Part shown: in pieces, positions 41,081 to 56,364 of the stretch | How positions within the stretch are numbered: the first letter of the stretch is position 1 | How the letters are laid out: every line of letters starts with the position of its first letter | Notes under the pieces: generated by a model | What the model was told of the DNA's origin: nothing | Seen by the model: the letters and a program-made list of their open reading frames with translations, nothing else | The model's database searches: none | Program-made: the position numbers and the translations under genes | Source: Eledone cirrhosa | Taxonomy: Eukaryota | DNA length: 64,000 nt | Assembly: GCA_964016885.1 (NCBI GenBank) | Contig: OZ024759.1 | Location: 18,972,001-19,036,000, forward strand | Direction: 5' to 3'

Positions 41081-44000
41081 GAGGGAGATAAAGAGTGGGA
41101 AAGAAACGATTAGAGAAAGAAAGAGAGGAGAGAGAGAAGGGATGGGAGTAGGGAGGAAAGAGAAAGAGGAAAAGAAGACTTCGATGGAACAAATACCGAG
41201 GCAGTTCAATGCAAAACCCTTATGACTGTCAATTCCCCACCATTATACCAAGGTAAGATTATATAAATTTTATAAAATGAAAAAGCATTTTGCTTTACGT
41301 CAAAGACCAGGACAGTATTATATCAACTGCATCAAGATATTTAATATTTATGTTGAAATTTAGATTTATTTTCTGTTTTAGATCAGATATTTTTGCTTAT
41401 TCCTTTTAATGCTGTATTTGGTTTCTATTTTGGTTTATTCTTTAAAGATATGCTACTGTTTGCTTTTTTATTCTATCATGTCTATGGCACAATATATGTG
41501 ATTTATATTTGAGATTTCTAGATCTTATGGCGGATTTCTTAGCTATACTTATTATTTATTAATTTATTTAGATACCTTTTTTTTTCATACAAAAATATTA
41601 TTACCAATGTTCCTGTGTATGTACGCAGGCAGGCTCTGAATCTTTTATTTTGATTTTGTTACATTAGTTTGTATATCTATATAAGATTCAGTTAAGATGC
41701 ATTCATTTCCAGTATGAAAACATCTGCTGATTTCTTAATAGATTTGATATTATTGGTGTATATATTCTTTTGTGCAGTCAACAAATGTGATATGTTTTCT
41801 GGTAAGTTTCTATTCGTTGTAGGTTTGTTTAGAATATAATATTGTGGTTTGTTTACAATTGTTTACAATTATTTATAATTGTTTGTCTGTTTGTGCGTTC
41901 TTGGTGTTATTCAGTATAAATAAATCGCCCGATAGTCTATTTGTGCAGATTCGAGTTTGTTAGGCTTATGCTGCAAAAATCCCTCAAGTGCTTATATAAT
42001 ATTTTCTTCTTAAGAATAGCTATACAATATACAGCAATGATCTCAAATACACAGACCACCTTTTCTGCAGCAAAATAATTTTCGTGTCTAATACTTTCCT
42101 AAGACTTTGTAATTTGTCCCTCAAACCTCCCATATTGCTGCAGCTGCCGTAGTAAACCTCTCTTGCCAACCTAATACAAACAGAATCAATTTTAAGATCA
42201 GCCAGCGCTGGCCATGTTTCTCTCCTTTTGTTTTTTCTTGTTTTGATAATATTTATACTAAGATTACGATATCATGGGAAAAAAACGGAATTTACTAAAA
42301 GTAAAATCGGATTTAAGGAAAATTTGAAACAGAAAATGTCTCCCCACATCCTACATTTTATATTAATTCACATATCCCACTTACTGTTATATGGGGAAAA
42401 TATGGGGAAAGAAAGCCTATCAGCTAAATAAAATATATAGTATTTGCTGTTCTTGTTGAAACCCAGGTCAGCCGTAAGAGGATGGATTTAAAATGAATGG
42501 TGCACCGTCCACCCAGTTTTTTTTCCTCGGGTATTTATATACCCAGGATCACCTTATCTAATGTATGCTTCCCTCTTTAACAGAGTATGGTTCTACATTC
42601 TCCCAAAGTTGCGTTAAGCACCACAATGAATTTGCTGCTTTGATGCTGCGTACATAAGTCTATTTTTGCTCAGTAGCTTTTATTTAAAATGCAAGTATGT
42701 ATGCATCTACGTATGTATATAAGCACCCATAACTCCTAACAGGATCGTACGGGGCTCCATCATGACATACGGTGTGTCTTGGGCACTGTAAACCTGGCAG
42801 AGTTCATCCCCCCCCCCCTCTCTCTCCATTTGAACACACCAGATTTTATCCAGAGAGATAGGGGGCGGGAGACAGAGGAGCGGTAAGAAAGCGATATATA
42901 GCGAAAGAATTGACCCAATATTGGGTTGGGACATTTTCATCGGCCTCGAAAGGATGAAAGGCAAAGCTGACCTCAGCGGGATTTTAAATCAGAGAGCGCA
43001 GCGAGCCAGAAAAAAGAACGTACAGGATTCTATTTGACGCGCTAACGACTCTGCCAATTTGCCGTATATAAATTTTAATTATTTTTGCTCAAAACATCAA
43101 ATGTTTCACCCAGTAGTTGGGAAAAAATTTAGAAGGTCCGTTGGTAGGTTTAATTTGAGAGAGGTTTAACAGCTCTTTCTAGCATATCTCCCTCAGTATC
43201 TCATGCGTGGAGTTTAACGAACTCTGTCAAGACTATTTGAAAATAACTACAATTAGTTCCATATCCACAACGTGATGGTTAGTACTTTGGATATATTTCT
43301 CTAAGTTTCCTTGTATAGCAAGAGTAAATCAGTTTGAACTATATAAAAAGAATATTGGTATATTGAATATATTATATTTATTAGAAACATTATACTTCAC
43401 CATTTGCACTAAAAACATCTCTACATTTCAGAAAATAAATCTATTCGAATAAACATTAACCGAGACGGGCTGAAATTATGAATACTGTTACATAATGTGT
43501 GTGTACTTATTTTGACGAGCTGTGTATAGAAACGTAGACAAACAATCACGAGAAATGGATATGATATAAATATTATATATCATCAACCATGAGAGCAAAT
43601 CACTACTTAGAACTGAAAACAATCGCCTTAATTTAGAAATTGTTCTGTATGTTACTATCAATAATGTTCACTGGATTTTGGAAGATATTCAGAAACGAGA
43701 GAAGTAATCATTGGTTGAAATAGAAATAGATTTAATTCAATGACATTTATATCAGAGGTATCGTGGAGAAGACATTTATCTATTGCCTGTGCTCATCGTT
43801 AAGAAAACAAATACGAAGAGAAGCGAGCGAAAATAGAAAAACAAAGACAGAAAATGTTTTAGATATTATATAAAATCGAGTTGAATATGCGAGCGCAACA
43901 TGAAATATATCTCTATATCTGTCATCCGACGGCATAACACAGGCTCCATTAGAACATATCTTCTTATAAATGCAATAGTATAAATCCAAACAAATTGAAT

Positions 44001-44404
44001 ACAAGGCAGAATACACGACGAAGACTTTGTTTGTTTTATATATGAATATATTGACATTACATCTGATCAATTCGTGACTACATTTTCTCGGAACGTAAGA
44101 TTCTTTAACAGCTTTAGAAGCCGCTGTCTACATACGTACGTATGGATCCGTAGCTCCTGATAGAATCGTAGCGGGAGTGGGGGGGTCCATAGTGACATAC
44201 GACGTGTCTAGAACAGTTTTAAACCTGGCAGATCCTGACACCTCTCCATATCTGGACATAGCCACTTTCTTCCAGAGAAGGAGAGAGAGGGGGGGGTGTA
44301 AGAAATAATCGACCCCCAGTACTGGACTAGTACTTTATTTTATCAACTCCGAAAGGATGAAATGCAAACCTGACCTCGTCAGAGCCGGAACGAATAACTT
44401 ATAG

Positions 44405-44742
44405 CAGTGCTTCTCAAACTATCTGATGTGGTGGACCGGCATTTTTTTTTCAATGTGCCACGTACTGCTAATATTTCGTAGTAATATTGATCTATACCGG
44501 AAATGATATATATAATGAATATAATAAAAGTTGACCATTTCTTTATCTTCTATTTATTTTGTAAACAAATAATACAATATCAAAACATATAAAAAAAGTA
44601 ATAAAAAAAATAACAAGCAGTTTATTAACACAAAAATGAAAATTATATAACCTTAATCTTTACTACTGTGAAAGGCTGCGTACCGGTAGCTGATGGCTCG
44701 CGTCCGGCACCGGTCCGCGGACCACCACTTTGAGTAGCACTG
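44405..44742. mobile_element. hAT (Charlie-like) non-autonomous element inserted in a degenerate SINE
   Basis: TIRs CAGTGCTTCTCAAA and TTTGAGTAGCACTG. The 8-bp flanks ACTTATAG and CTTTAGAG match only partly. Confidence 0.7.
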
Positions 44743-45491
44743 CTTTAGAGTATTCTATCCGACATTCTAACGACTGAGCATTCTACAGCCTTCTTTTTAC
44801 AAATGTGATAGTATAAATCGAAGCAAATTTAATACAAGGTAGATTAATCAAGGAGGACTTTGTTTCCTTCATATAACGATGAAAACACTGGCATCAGATT
44901 TGATCAATTCATGGCAGACTTTTCTGCGAAAATCAGAATCTTTAATAATTTACTTACAAGCAGGACTGGCGCTGAAATTAGGCGATCTGGGCAGCTCTCT
45001 GGGGTGCAGCCTCAGAAGAGTGTATTACAAGCAGGCCCAGCGCTAAAATTGGGCTAAACAGGCAACTGCCTAAAGTGCAGTCCTATGAAGGGCTCATTGC
45101 TGTATCTTAAAGTATTACATAACTATACTTATAAATAAGACCGTTATTGCTCAAAACAGTCTACAAACACTCAGCAAACACCCTAAATAGAACGCAATCC
45201 TGCACTCATGTCTACTGCCAAACAAAATAATTCAATATATTATAATTTCCTGCGATCAATAAATTGATTTCTGAACGTAGCAGCGTTGTGAAAATACCCA
45301 ACAAAGCGGTAGAGAGGGACTTATAGTTTTAAGAGGTATCACACGCTTTGGGCGTCATCTACTTGAGTCGTGTATAGTTAATCAATGCCTTTGTAAGTGG
45401 AGTTTGGCAGACAGAAAATGCAGAAGGTCACCATGAACACAAACATAAACGTAAAACACACACACACGCACTCACAATATATGTATATATG

Positions 45492-45714
<223 letters not shown>

Positions 45715-45751
45715 ACGTTTGTAAATATATTTATATATATATATATATATA

Positions 45752-45912
45752 AAACGAAGGAGGTGTGGTAAGGAACCATATGGACCATAACGCACTAGAG
45801 TACTCAATACTTAGGGTAGTAGAGTGGGTAATAGGAAAAAGTTTAACCCCGACCGCAGAGTTCAAGCCGTTTCTGGGTCCAGAAATAGCCTTCGGGTTAA
45901 ACATTTTCCTAT
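45752..45912 (-). mobile_element. Family A variant with partial fold-back
   Basis: Joins the family A tail to the GGGTTAAACATTTTCCTAT variant seen at 24382-24400. Confidence 0.65.
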
Positions 45913-46104
45913 ACATATATATATATGTGTCCTAAAGAAAAAACTGCATACACACTTTGCTTTGATTAGAATACTGTTGAAGTGTGCATACATTTTTGGC
46001 AACTCCTTATGTGTATATATATATATATGCCTATTCTGCATATTACCATGTATCGAGTACTTCTTTGATTTGTGTCTTCCCAGTTCCAGTACCGCAGATT
46101 ATCA

Positions 46105-46181
<77 letters not shown>

Positions 46182-46565
46182 TGTGTGTGTGTCTGTGTGT
46201 GTGTGTGTGTGAGAGAGAGACTCTCCAGCAACTGAACTTTTCAACAAAAAGATCGTTAAAATAAGTACCAAATCTGAATAAAAAAAGCTGTGCAGGTCGA
46301 TGAGGTCGACTAAATCAAGGTAATATCCTACTATGACTGCATGCAAATGACTGAAACCGTTAAAAGAATAAAATTATATTAATATCAGATTGCACTAGGG
46401 TGTTGGATAGGCAGAATTGATAAAACGTCGGATAAAATATTATTGCAGCATTTGTTCTCGCTCCTGATATTCTGTTTTTAAATCCTGAAGTGGTCAAATT
46501 TGCCTTTCATCCTTCCGGGGTCGATAAAATAAATTATTAGTTCAATGCTGGGCCTCTCTCTCTCT

Positions 46566-46601
<36 letters not shown>

Positions 46602-46614
46602 AGTGTGGTGTGTG

Positions 46615-46814
46615 TATCCCGGGTTCAATCGGGGGTAACCACAGTAAGTAAGGTACTCAATACATAGCAGAGTATATAATGTTTAATATAGAATTCGCTT
46701 CTACAGCGCGAGAATTCTTTCATTCGAAGGAAATTATCAGGAAAACCTGATGATTTCCTTGGAATGAAACAGTTCGAGTCCTGTACAAGCCAATTCTATA
46801 TTAAACATTATATA
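46615..46814. mobile_element. Family B PLE-like fold-back with hammerhead cores in both arms
   Basis: Imperfect arms 46673-46741 and 46746-46814. The right arm reads CTGATGA-TTTCCTTGGAAT-GAAA-CAG TTCGAGTC CTG-TA; the 5' strand of stem I is lost at the junction. Confidence 0.65.
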
Positions 46815-47018
46815 TAACGAAGGAAATGTGGTAAGGAACCAGGTGGACCATAACGCACCAAAGTACCCAATACTTAGGGTAGTAGAGTGGGTAATAGGAA
46901 CGAGTAGGACCCCGACGGCTGAGCTCAAGCCGTTTCGACGGCTAATTCTGGACTAAAATTTGAATCCAGAATTAGCTGTCGAAACGCCTTGAGCTCAGCC
47001 GTCGGGGTCCTACTCATT
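46815..47018. mobile_element. Family A PLE-like end (minus strand) with fold-back
   Basis: Arms about 46899-46952 and 46965-47018. Confidence 0.75.
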
Positions 47019-47033
47019 CACACACACACACAC

Positions 47034-47065
<32 letters not shown>

Positions 47066-47072
47066 GCTTTGT

Positions 47073-47190
47073 GAAGGCGCGTGGCTGAGTGGTAAGAAAA
47101 TTGAACTCTCAATCGTGAGGTTGTGAGTTCGATAACTGGACCGAGCGATGCGTTATGTCCTTGGGCAAGACACTTTATTTCACGTTGCTC
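47073..47190 (+). mobile_element. Second tRNA-derived SINE family (5' part)
   Basis: A-box TGGCTGAGTGG, B-box GAGTTCGATA, then GTCCTTGGGCAAGACACTTTATTTCACG. Related copies lie at 49729-50125 (+) and about 4190-4295 (-). Confidence 0.75.
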
Positions 47191-48068
47191 CTTCTACCTG
47201 GAGCTGCGACCGATAGATAGTATTAGTAATTGGAAAGACCAATGGAAACATTGTTTCCTCGGTCCGATTTGACGAAAGTCAATCGACTGTCATATATATA
47301 TATATATATATATTCTCTCTGTGGAAGAAATCATCAGTGTATTTTGAGCATTTAAACATGGAGGAAGTGCCAGTCAAATACTGGGGGGGGGGGGTATTTA
47401 ATCAACTTTGCCCTTCCTCCAGAATTTCCTAGCCTTGTGCTTAAATTTAAAAAATCGATAATAGACTCTTCTATTCTGTGTTCCACATTTTGTAAGCTTA
47501 CTTTAGATATTAAATATTAATTTTCAATTCATAAATTGTTTACTAATTTGTATGTTTGCGTATTTATTCTGCGTTATTTCTATTATTTATTCTATTTATT
47601 GTTATTATTATTATTATTATTATTACTATTATTTTTATTTTATTTTATTTTATTTTATTTTATTTATTATTATTTATCTTATTTCGTTTATCATTTTTTT
47701 ATAACTTTGCTCTCTTTATTTGGGAGAGGCACTTTAAATGCTGTTATTACATTCCTCAAATATGTTTTTGATTTGTTGTTTTTGTCTGCTTGTTTGTTTG
47801 TTTTTTTTTGTTTTGTTTTGTTTTTTGGCGTTTTGCTTTATTCGACAGACCTTTCAAATTTTAATTCTATTCATTTATATAACAATTGTAGCTTATTATA
47901 CAAAAAGCTGACTGAAACTGAATTGCATGTCTTATTATTCCATATATCGATCAGAAAGTCCCCCCCCCCCCCCCAGTAACTGTTGTGTTCCAATAATTCG
48001 TTACTTTCATGGTTTCAATCGTCTGTTCATTTGCTCGAAATATTCATGACTTCATTTATGTCGAGCAA

Positions 48069-48580
48069 AATACTGAAGAATGGGAATGGAAATGGAAATG
48101 ATAAAGAAAAACGTTGTAAATCTAGACGTACGTAATACTGAAGAATGGGAATGGAAATGAAAATGATAAAGAAAAACGTTGTAAATCTAGACGTACGTAA
48201 TACTAAAGAATGGAAATGGAAATGAAAATGATAAAGAAAAACGTTGGAAATGAAAATGATAAAGAAAAACGTTGTAAATCTAGACGTACGTAATACTGAA
48301 GAATGGAAATGAAAATGAAAATGATAAAGAAAAACGTTGGAAATGAAAATGATAAAGAAAAACGTTGTAAATCTAAACGTACGTAATACTGAAGAATGGA
48401 AATGGAATTGAAAATGATAAAGAAAAATGTTGTAAATCTAGACGTACGTAATACTGAAGAATGGAAATGGAATTGAAAATGATAAAGAAAAATGTTGTAA
48501 ATCTAGACGTACGTAATACTGAAGAATGGAAATGAAAATGAAAATGATAAAGAAAAACGTTGTAAATCTAGACGTACGTA
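48069..48580. repeat. About 64-bp minisatellite with shorter internal sub-duplications
   Basis: AATACTGAAGAATGGAAATG(G/A)AAATGAAAATGATAAAGAAAAACGTTGTAAATCTAGACGTACGT, about 7 copies. Confidence 0.9.
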
Positions 48581-48825
48581 AGCTGATAAGAACTGATTAA
48601 GTTGTTGTAAATCATTTCTATGTAAAATTAAAATTGAATTTAAAATTATAATTATTAAAACAAAAGTTAAATGGCCAAGAAAAGTAAAGTTGCCTTCAAC
48701 TCTGCCTCAAGTGTATGCATATGTGTATGTGTGTATATATATATATATGTGTGTGTGTGTGTCTGCCTGTACGTATATATGTGTGTGTGTCTATCTGCCT
48801 GTACGTATATATGTCTGTGTGTATG

Positions 48826-48884
<59 letters not shown>

Positions 48885-49728
48885 CATATACATATATATA
48901 TATATACATATAAAACCATATAACTATACATATACACACATATTTATATACACATAGAGAGAGGGGGTAGAGAGAGAGAAGAGAAACAGAGAAAGACAGA
49001 CAGAAATGTATATGTGTATTTACATTATTTCAACATCCTCCTAAGTTCGATAACAGAATTCTATTGTGGTTTTCTCTCTATGGTTTTCACCATCCTGTGG
49101 TGTAAATGTGTTTATTTTTTATATATCTTCGTCAGAGGAGGAACGACAGTGCATATGTCCTCGTTTATGACCTTAATCAGGTAATCCTAGACAGTGGTGG
49201 CGGAAAACAGCCGGAGAATCTTCAGACCGAACACCTAATTCGATGGATGGCATCAGAAAGTACTTCGCTATAGGCAATCGAACGCTAGGCTCAAGTGTTA
49301 ATCCAGACACTAGATTAAACCTACAACAAACTGCTGTATTACTATATGTTACACTGTCACTACGGATTAACACATTGACACACACACACACACACACACA
49401 TACATACATACATAAATACATGCATACATACAAACATACATATATACAATAATTACTTAGTCATGCCGGAAGCTCTACAATAATTATTTCTACATTTGCT
49501 ACAAGACCAGCAATGTCAAAGGGAGGGAAATGTTAATTAAATCGGCAGCAGTGCTTCACTGATGCTTTATTTTATAGAATCTGTAAGGACGTAAGGCAGC
49601 AAATTGGCATGATGTGTGGCATATAGTTACGTCCCTTTAAGTTCTAAGTTCAAATCGCGAAGAGGGCAACTTTGCCTTTCATCCTTACAGGGTCGATAAA
49701 ATAAAATACCAGTAATGTACTGGGGTGT

Positions 49729-50125
49729 GAAGACGCATGGTTAGATTGCTTGGCGTACGATCGTAATGTCATCTATTCGATTCCCGGTCCTGGTTGTGTG
49801 CTGTGTTGTTGAGCAAGACACTTTATTTCACGTCGCTCCAGTGCACTCAGCTGAGATGAGTATCTGCAGTAGCTAGGGAGTTAAACCTGCCATAGACTGG
49901 CATGCTGTCCAGGGTGAGTATTGTACTCTCGGTTGCTTAACGCCACACTTTATTTCACGTTGCTCCAGTGCACTCAGGTGAGATGAGTATCTGCAGTAGC
50001 TAGGGAGTTAAACCTGCCATAGACTGGCATCCTGTCCAGGGTGAGTCTTGTACTCTCGGTCGCTTAACGCCAACGAAACCGGGGCTCAGCATTGACCTGA
50101 CGAGACATCGGCTCAGAAAAGACAC
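49729..50125 (+). mobile_element. Second-family SINE with internal tandem duplication, nested in a Nin-type SINE
   Basis: ACACTTTATTTCACGT...GCTTAACGCC is present twice. The host SINE is interrupted at ACTGGGGT and resumes at ACTGGAGT. Confidence 0.75.
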
Positions 50126-50866
50126 GGACTGGAGTCAATATAATCGACTTTTCCCTCCACAACAATTTCTGGCGTTGTGCCTAAATAAGAAATCATTACT
50201 ACTCATAGTAAAGTAATGGACTGGCAGAGTCGTTAGAGTGTCAGACAAAATGCTTTGCGATATTTGTCCTGGTGCTACCCATTCTGCGTTCTAGTCCCAC
50301 CGAGATCAATAAAATATGGTACCAGTTAGTACTCAGGCCAATAAAATCGTCTTTGCCTTCCTCCCAAAGTTTGCTGCCCTTGTGCCAATGTTAGGATCAC
50401 TACTACTACTACTACTACTACTACTATAGCTGCTAAGACTACTACTACTACTACTACTACTACTAAGACGACTACTATTAAGACTATTACTACTACTACC
50501 TGTACTATGATAATTCCATAGGTATTCGGACGGAAGTTTACAGTCTATAGTATGGAATAAATTGTGTTTGACGGGGAGTTGAGATGATTTGAAGATAGTG
50601 AAAATAGCGGGGTGATGAGGAAGGTTAGATTTATGGCGGTTGTATTGAAATATATAAAAGAAAAAAATACTATCTATTTAGAATGAAATGAAAGACGATG
50701 ATTAAACCAGCTGGAACTGAAAGGCAAATTGATAAATTATGACAGAAATATTTATCGACAAATTTGAAAGTATAGTTGATTTGCATCTCCATATATAATG
50801 TATAATGTTGAAGTAACATCTTAAAATGCACACATATATATATATATATATATATTCTTATGTGTG

Positions 50867-50909
<43 letters not shown>

Positions 50910-51147
50910 TTATATACTTATGTGTGTGTATACATATATATATATATTTACGCATATACCTATATACAGATTTCTGTGGATGTACATATATACATATTCA
51001 TACACTTATGTGTGTGTATACATATATATATATATTTGTGTATATATGCATATACCTATATACACATTTCTGTGAATATATATATATATATATATATATA
51101 TTGAAACAATTGTTCTCAGTATGGTGAACTAACTGTTGTGTTACCAC

Positions 51148-51186
<39 letters not shown>

Positions 51187-51190
<4 letters not shown>

Positions 51191-51275
51191 TCTCATCTAT
51201 ATTAAAACTTTTATACTCTGCAATGTATTGAGTACCTTACTTACTGTGGTTACCTCCGATTCAACCCGGAATAAC

Positions 51276-51333
<58 letters not shown>

Positions 51334-51618
51334 ACTTTTTGTACTCCTAAAGAAGGGCTAAAGTCCGATGCGTCGAAATTTCTTTCCACTTTTCCATATA
51401 AAGCGTGAAACTTTTTGTACTTATGTTTGTACCTCATGGAAAAGTGGAAAGAAATTTCGACGCATCGGACTTTAGCCCTTCTTTAGGAGTACAAAAAGTA
51501 CACATATATATATATATATATATATATACGTTATTCCGGGTTGAATCGGAGATAACCACGGTAAGTAAGGTACTCAATACATTGCAGAGTATAAAAGTTT
51601 TAATATAGATGAGATTCA
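51187..51618. mobile_element. Family B-containing fold-back (about 430 bp, 38-nt spacer)
   Basis: Arms 51187-51397 and 51436-51618 are reverse complements apart from TA-run length and a couple of substitutions. Confidence 0.8.
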
Positions 51619-51836
51619 ATATATATATATGTTTGTACCTCACGCTTTATTTGAAAAAGGAGAAAGAAAGCTTGACTTTAGAGCTTCGGAAAATCTCGTA
51701 AAATGATGAAAGCAGCGATTCTTTGCTTAAACTTTAATCTGTACATATAATAGATATTTGCTCTACGGGTTTATATATATATAATCCTTATCGATTTTAG
51801 TCTACACATCGGATTTTATTCTACACATTTATTATT

Positions 51837-51883
<47 letters not shown>

Positions 51884-51908
51884 GATTTTAGTCTACACAT
51901 TTATTATG

Positions 51909-51965
<57 letters not shown>

Positions 51966-52539
51966 AGTAATGTATAGGCATCTTTATTTCATTATAGAAC
52001 TGTTTAATTCGTAAGCAGTCATCAAGAATGTCCTTCTTGATGATTTCTTACGAATTAAACAATCCTAGTCCTGTAAAATTAAGTGATCCCTATAATAATA
52101 TAAAGATAAAGATATATATATAATTGTTTCTACTTTTGGCACAAGGCCAGCAATTACCCAGTACATTACTGGTAATATATATAATGATGATGATGGTGGT
52201 GATAAACTCTCGGCGTCGTCCATGCATGAGGGCCAAACACATAAAAAATATTTTACTTTTTTACTCAGCATTTTAGTGCTTCAATATTTTGAGACACTAG
52301 ACATGCTCTGTTTTTTGCAAACAAGACCGCATCTTTCACACACAAAATGCTAAACAGCGACTGTATTACTCTCGACTCTGCATTAAATTATTTAGGTACC
52401 CAATAGCCCAATCCTTGTGTTGACATTGCTCCCGGTACAATTTTGACATGTTTTCCTCCATTTATTATGGTCGACACTGATATTCCAATATGATTGATTA
52501 TACTTTTCAGCTTATAGTTGTATCTAAGAAGATTTCCTT

Positions 52540-52980
52540 CGTCACGTATTCCCCACTAGAGTTGATCATAAGAGGGAATTTTCGGCAGTCTTTTATCATT
52601 CACCCTAACAACATGGCCAGTGCATCTCAATCATGCTTTTTATATCACATTTACGGAATAATTGCTCATTTGTGACTTTGACCCTCCATGTAAAACCAGA
52701 GATATTTCTAAGAGCTATCTTATGCAAAGTATCTAGCTGTGTAATGTGTTTTCTATATAGTGTCCATGATTCAGCTCTCTACAGCAGTGTTGAGACGACA
52801 ACTGCATGGAAACTGAAATTTAGGTTTTCCAACAGAATCTTTTCTCCTAGACTCTTGCTCACAGCTTTCAAAAGGCATCACTAGCTTTGTCGATCCTATT
52901 TAATATTTCTTCGTCTAAAGGTGCACTAGAATTGATTTTACTTCGTAAGTAAGGCAAGGACATCCCATGCTTTACAGTTT
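52540..52980 (-). pseudogene. Degenerate RTE LINE RT fragment
   Basis: Minus strand reads FHAVVVSTLL*RAESWTLYRKHITQLDTLHKIALRNISGFTW. Confidence 0.8.
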
Positions 52981-53558
52981 TGTTGTCCACAAGATTTCAA
53001 CGTGATGGTGCATTGTATTAGCGCCTAGGTAGTTTTATAGCTCTTTGAATATATGTGAGTGCAGGCAGTTCTGTTGATTGAATCAACTGGAACATTCGTC
53101 ATTAGAAACAACAGAGGGCCAACAAATGACTTTCTTCTTTCCTCGGGTCCTTATCTCTAAGTTTGAATGCAGCCGGTTTCTTGCTGTGAGAGGTTTAGAG
53201 AAGAGGAAGGAGCACTGGAAGAAACATCGACTTCTAATTTCGACACAAGGTCGGTAAATTTGGGACAAGGGCAATGTTGCTTAAACCAACCCCAGTACAT
53301 AATTGGTACTATATTTTATCGACTCCGAGGTGATAGAAGGGCAAAGTTGAAGTTGGAAGGATATGAACTCAGATCGCAGACAGCCAAATTTAATACCAGA
53401 AGGCATAAAATCCGACGGCATAACAAATTTGAAAGTAGACGTTATATGCAATATATATGCATACACATTTGCACACACACATATATATATATATATATAA
53501 TATACGTACATGATGGCTGCCCCCTCGTTATCGAGTATGGTCATTGCACAAGAAAAAA

Positions 53559-53617
<59 letters not shown>

Positions 53618-54383
53618 TTTTAAAAAAAAAAAAAAAAAGGGAAAAGATATATATATATATATATATATATATACGTACATACACATATACATACATACAT
53701 ACATAAATACACATATATATTTGTATATATATATATATATTTGTATGTGTATATTGTGTTCATGTATATATTTGTGTGATATAACTAGCTTATATTATAT
53801 TTAAACGTCTGCTTGAACAGCTGTTTCTATTCGATTTCCATTTAATTCTCATATTATAATCTTGATATCATGCCTCACCATTTTCCTTAAAAAAAAAACT
53901 TTCATTTTGATTTAGATAGATTTTAGTTAACGAATAAGTTAACACTTTTATATATAACTAAAGAAAAAGCAGACACTGTTGATTTATTCAAATCTTGGAA
54001 ACTACGTTACCGTGTTTGTTTTGAAATCTTTTGTTTTGTTTTTATTGGCTTTTTGTGTATTTTTTCTCTATTTGGTTTTGTATTTGTATTTTCTCTCTTA
54101 TATATATAAACCTGTTATATATCTATGAATCGCCCTTAGCGAGCGCGTGATACACAAAGAAACCTAAAGAGTAAGAATAGTTTACATAATGGGTTTTTCG
54201 GTAGTTTCATATAAAAATCTTGAACCAGTGTATATATGGTAAATAAAAAAGAGAAGTTCAAGATATTTAGATATGTAGATATATATATTGTCCATCGTTC
54301 GTTACTTATGAATATGCATGCAATCTCAGCGGAAGAGGACGGGGGGGGGGGGGAAGAAAAAGAGAAGAAAATAACACATTGAA

Positions 54384-54445
<62 letters not shown>

Positions 54446-54556
54446 TATGTTACAGAAAGAAGAGAAAGAAAAAAGAACATCCTCGAAGTTATTAGGATCT
54501 GCATTTTTTCCATACACTCAAACCATTACCACCACCACTACTAATACTAATGATAA

Positions 54557-54597
<41 letters not shown>

Positions 54598-54793
54598 TAT
54601 ATATATATATACACACATATATATGTATACACACATATATATATATATACACACACACACATATATATATACACACACACATATATATATATACACATAC
54701 GCGCATATATACACACATATATATATATATATACAATATATATGTATATATATATATATATAGGTGTGTATATAAATGTATATGAATATATGT

Positions 54794-54869
<76 letters not shown>

Positions 54870-55854
54870 ATGTATGTGTGTGTTTATATATATATGTATA
54901 TGTGTGCCAAAGAGAGCATATCTATATGTATATATACCTGTGCGTACATATCTGCCAATGTATGCATGTTGCTATATAACAAACATATGCATATCTCCCC
55001 GATACACGTACGTATGTGTCTGTGCGTGTGTGTCTAGGTGAATAGAGATTACGTCACTAATAAATGTATGTGAGAGTAAGTGATGTAGTGAGTAGGCATA
55101 AAAAAAATGGAGGTAAAATAAAAGGAAAGTGAGAAAAAAGAGAGTAAGGACAGGATGATTGTATGTAAGTCAGTATTATATTAGAAATGCCGTTCACATA
55201 GAATGAATTCAGTATGGAGGTCACATGAATGCAAATTTCCGCTTCGAGTGAATGTGTAAACAAAAAGAGTGGTAATATGTTTGTATGAAGATATGTTTGT
55301 ATGAAGATGTTTGTATGTAAGTAGGTATATATGTAAGTAGGTATGTATGTTGGCATGTGTGTGTATTATCATGTCTGTGTGAGCATGTGTGTGTGTGTGT
55401 GTGTGAGTATGTGTATTTGATCATGCGTGTGTGTGTGTGAGTGTGTGAGCATGTGTGTGAGCATGTTTGTATTTATGTATGAAGTAAGTACGTATCTATA
55501 TATGAATGTACGTATGAAGTAAGTACGTATGAATGTATATATGAATGTATATATGCATATATATATGAATGTATATATGTATTATGTATGTATATTGTAC
55601 GTTAGAATGTAACTAAGTATATATGTTAATATGTATGTATGTTAGTATGTTTGAATGTGAGCATGTTTGTATGCATGAAGTAATATCTGTATATGAATGT
55701 ATAAATGTAGTACCTGTGTTTATTGTACGTTCGTATAAATATGAAAGTACGTATGCACATATGGAGGTTTATTTGCATGCATGTATGTATGTATAAAGCA
55801 TGTACGTCTGTATATTGGTATGTATGTATAAAGCACGTACGTCTGTATATTATA

Positions 55855-55944
<90 letters not shown>

Positions 55945-56012
55945 TACGTATGTACAGATGGAGGTTTATTTGCATGCATGTATGTATAATGCATGTACGT
56001 CTGTATATTGTA

Positions 56013-56063
<51 letters not shown>

Positions 56064-56364
56064 GTACGTATGTACATATGGAGCTTTATTTGCATGCATG
56101 TATGTATCTATAAAGCACGTATGTATGTATATTGTACGTTTGTATATATATGAAAGAACGTATATACATATATAGGTTTCTTTGCATGCATGTATGTATG
56201 TTGTGAATATATGTCATGTAAGTGTATATGTGAATATGGAAGTATGTCTGTATGAACTGAGTATCATGTATGTACGATGAAAGAGTGTATATGTGCACTA
56301 AATATGTATAAAGTATATTTGTATGTATTAAGTGAGAACGTATGTATAAATGTATATCATTATC

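Noticed and set aside
48069-48580. CTGAAGA...GAAA in the 64-bp minisatellite as a hammerhead
   Set aside because: No stem I or stem II pairing can be formed.
50096-50125. CTGACGA...GAAA
   Set aside because: It lies in a SINE 3' region and has no stem I or stem III closure.
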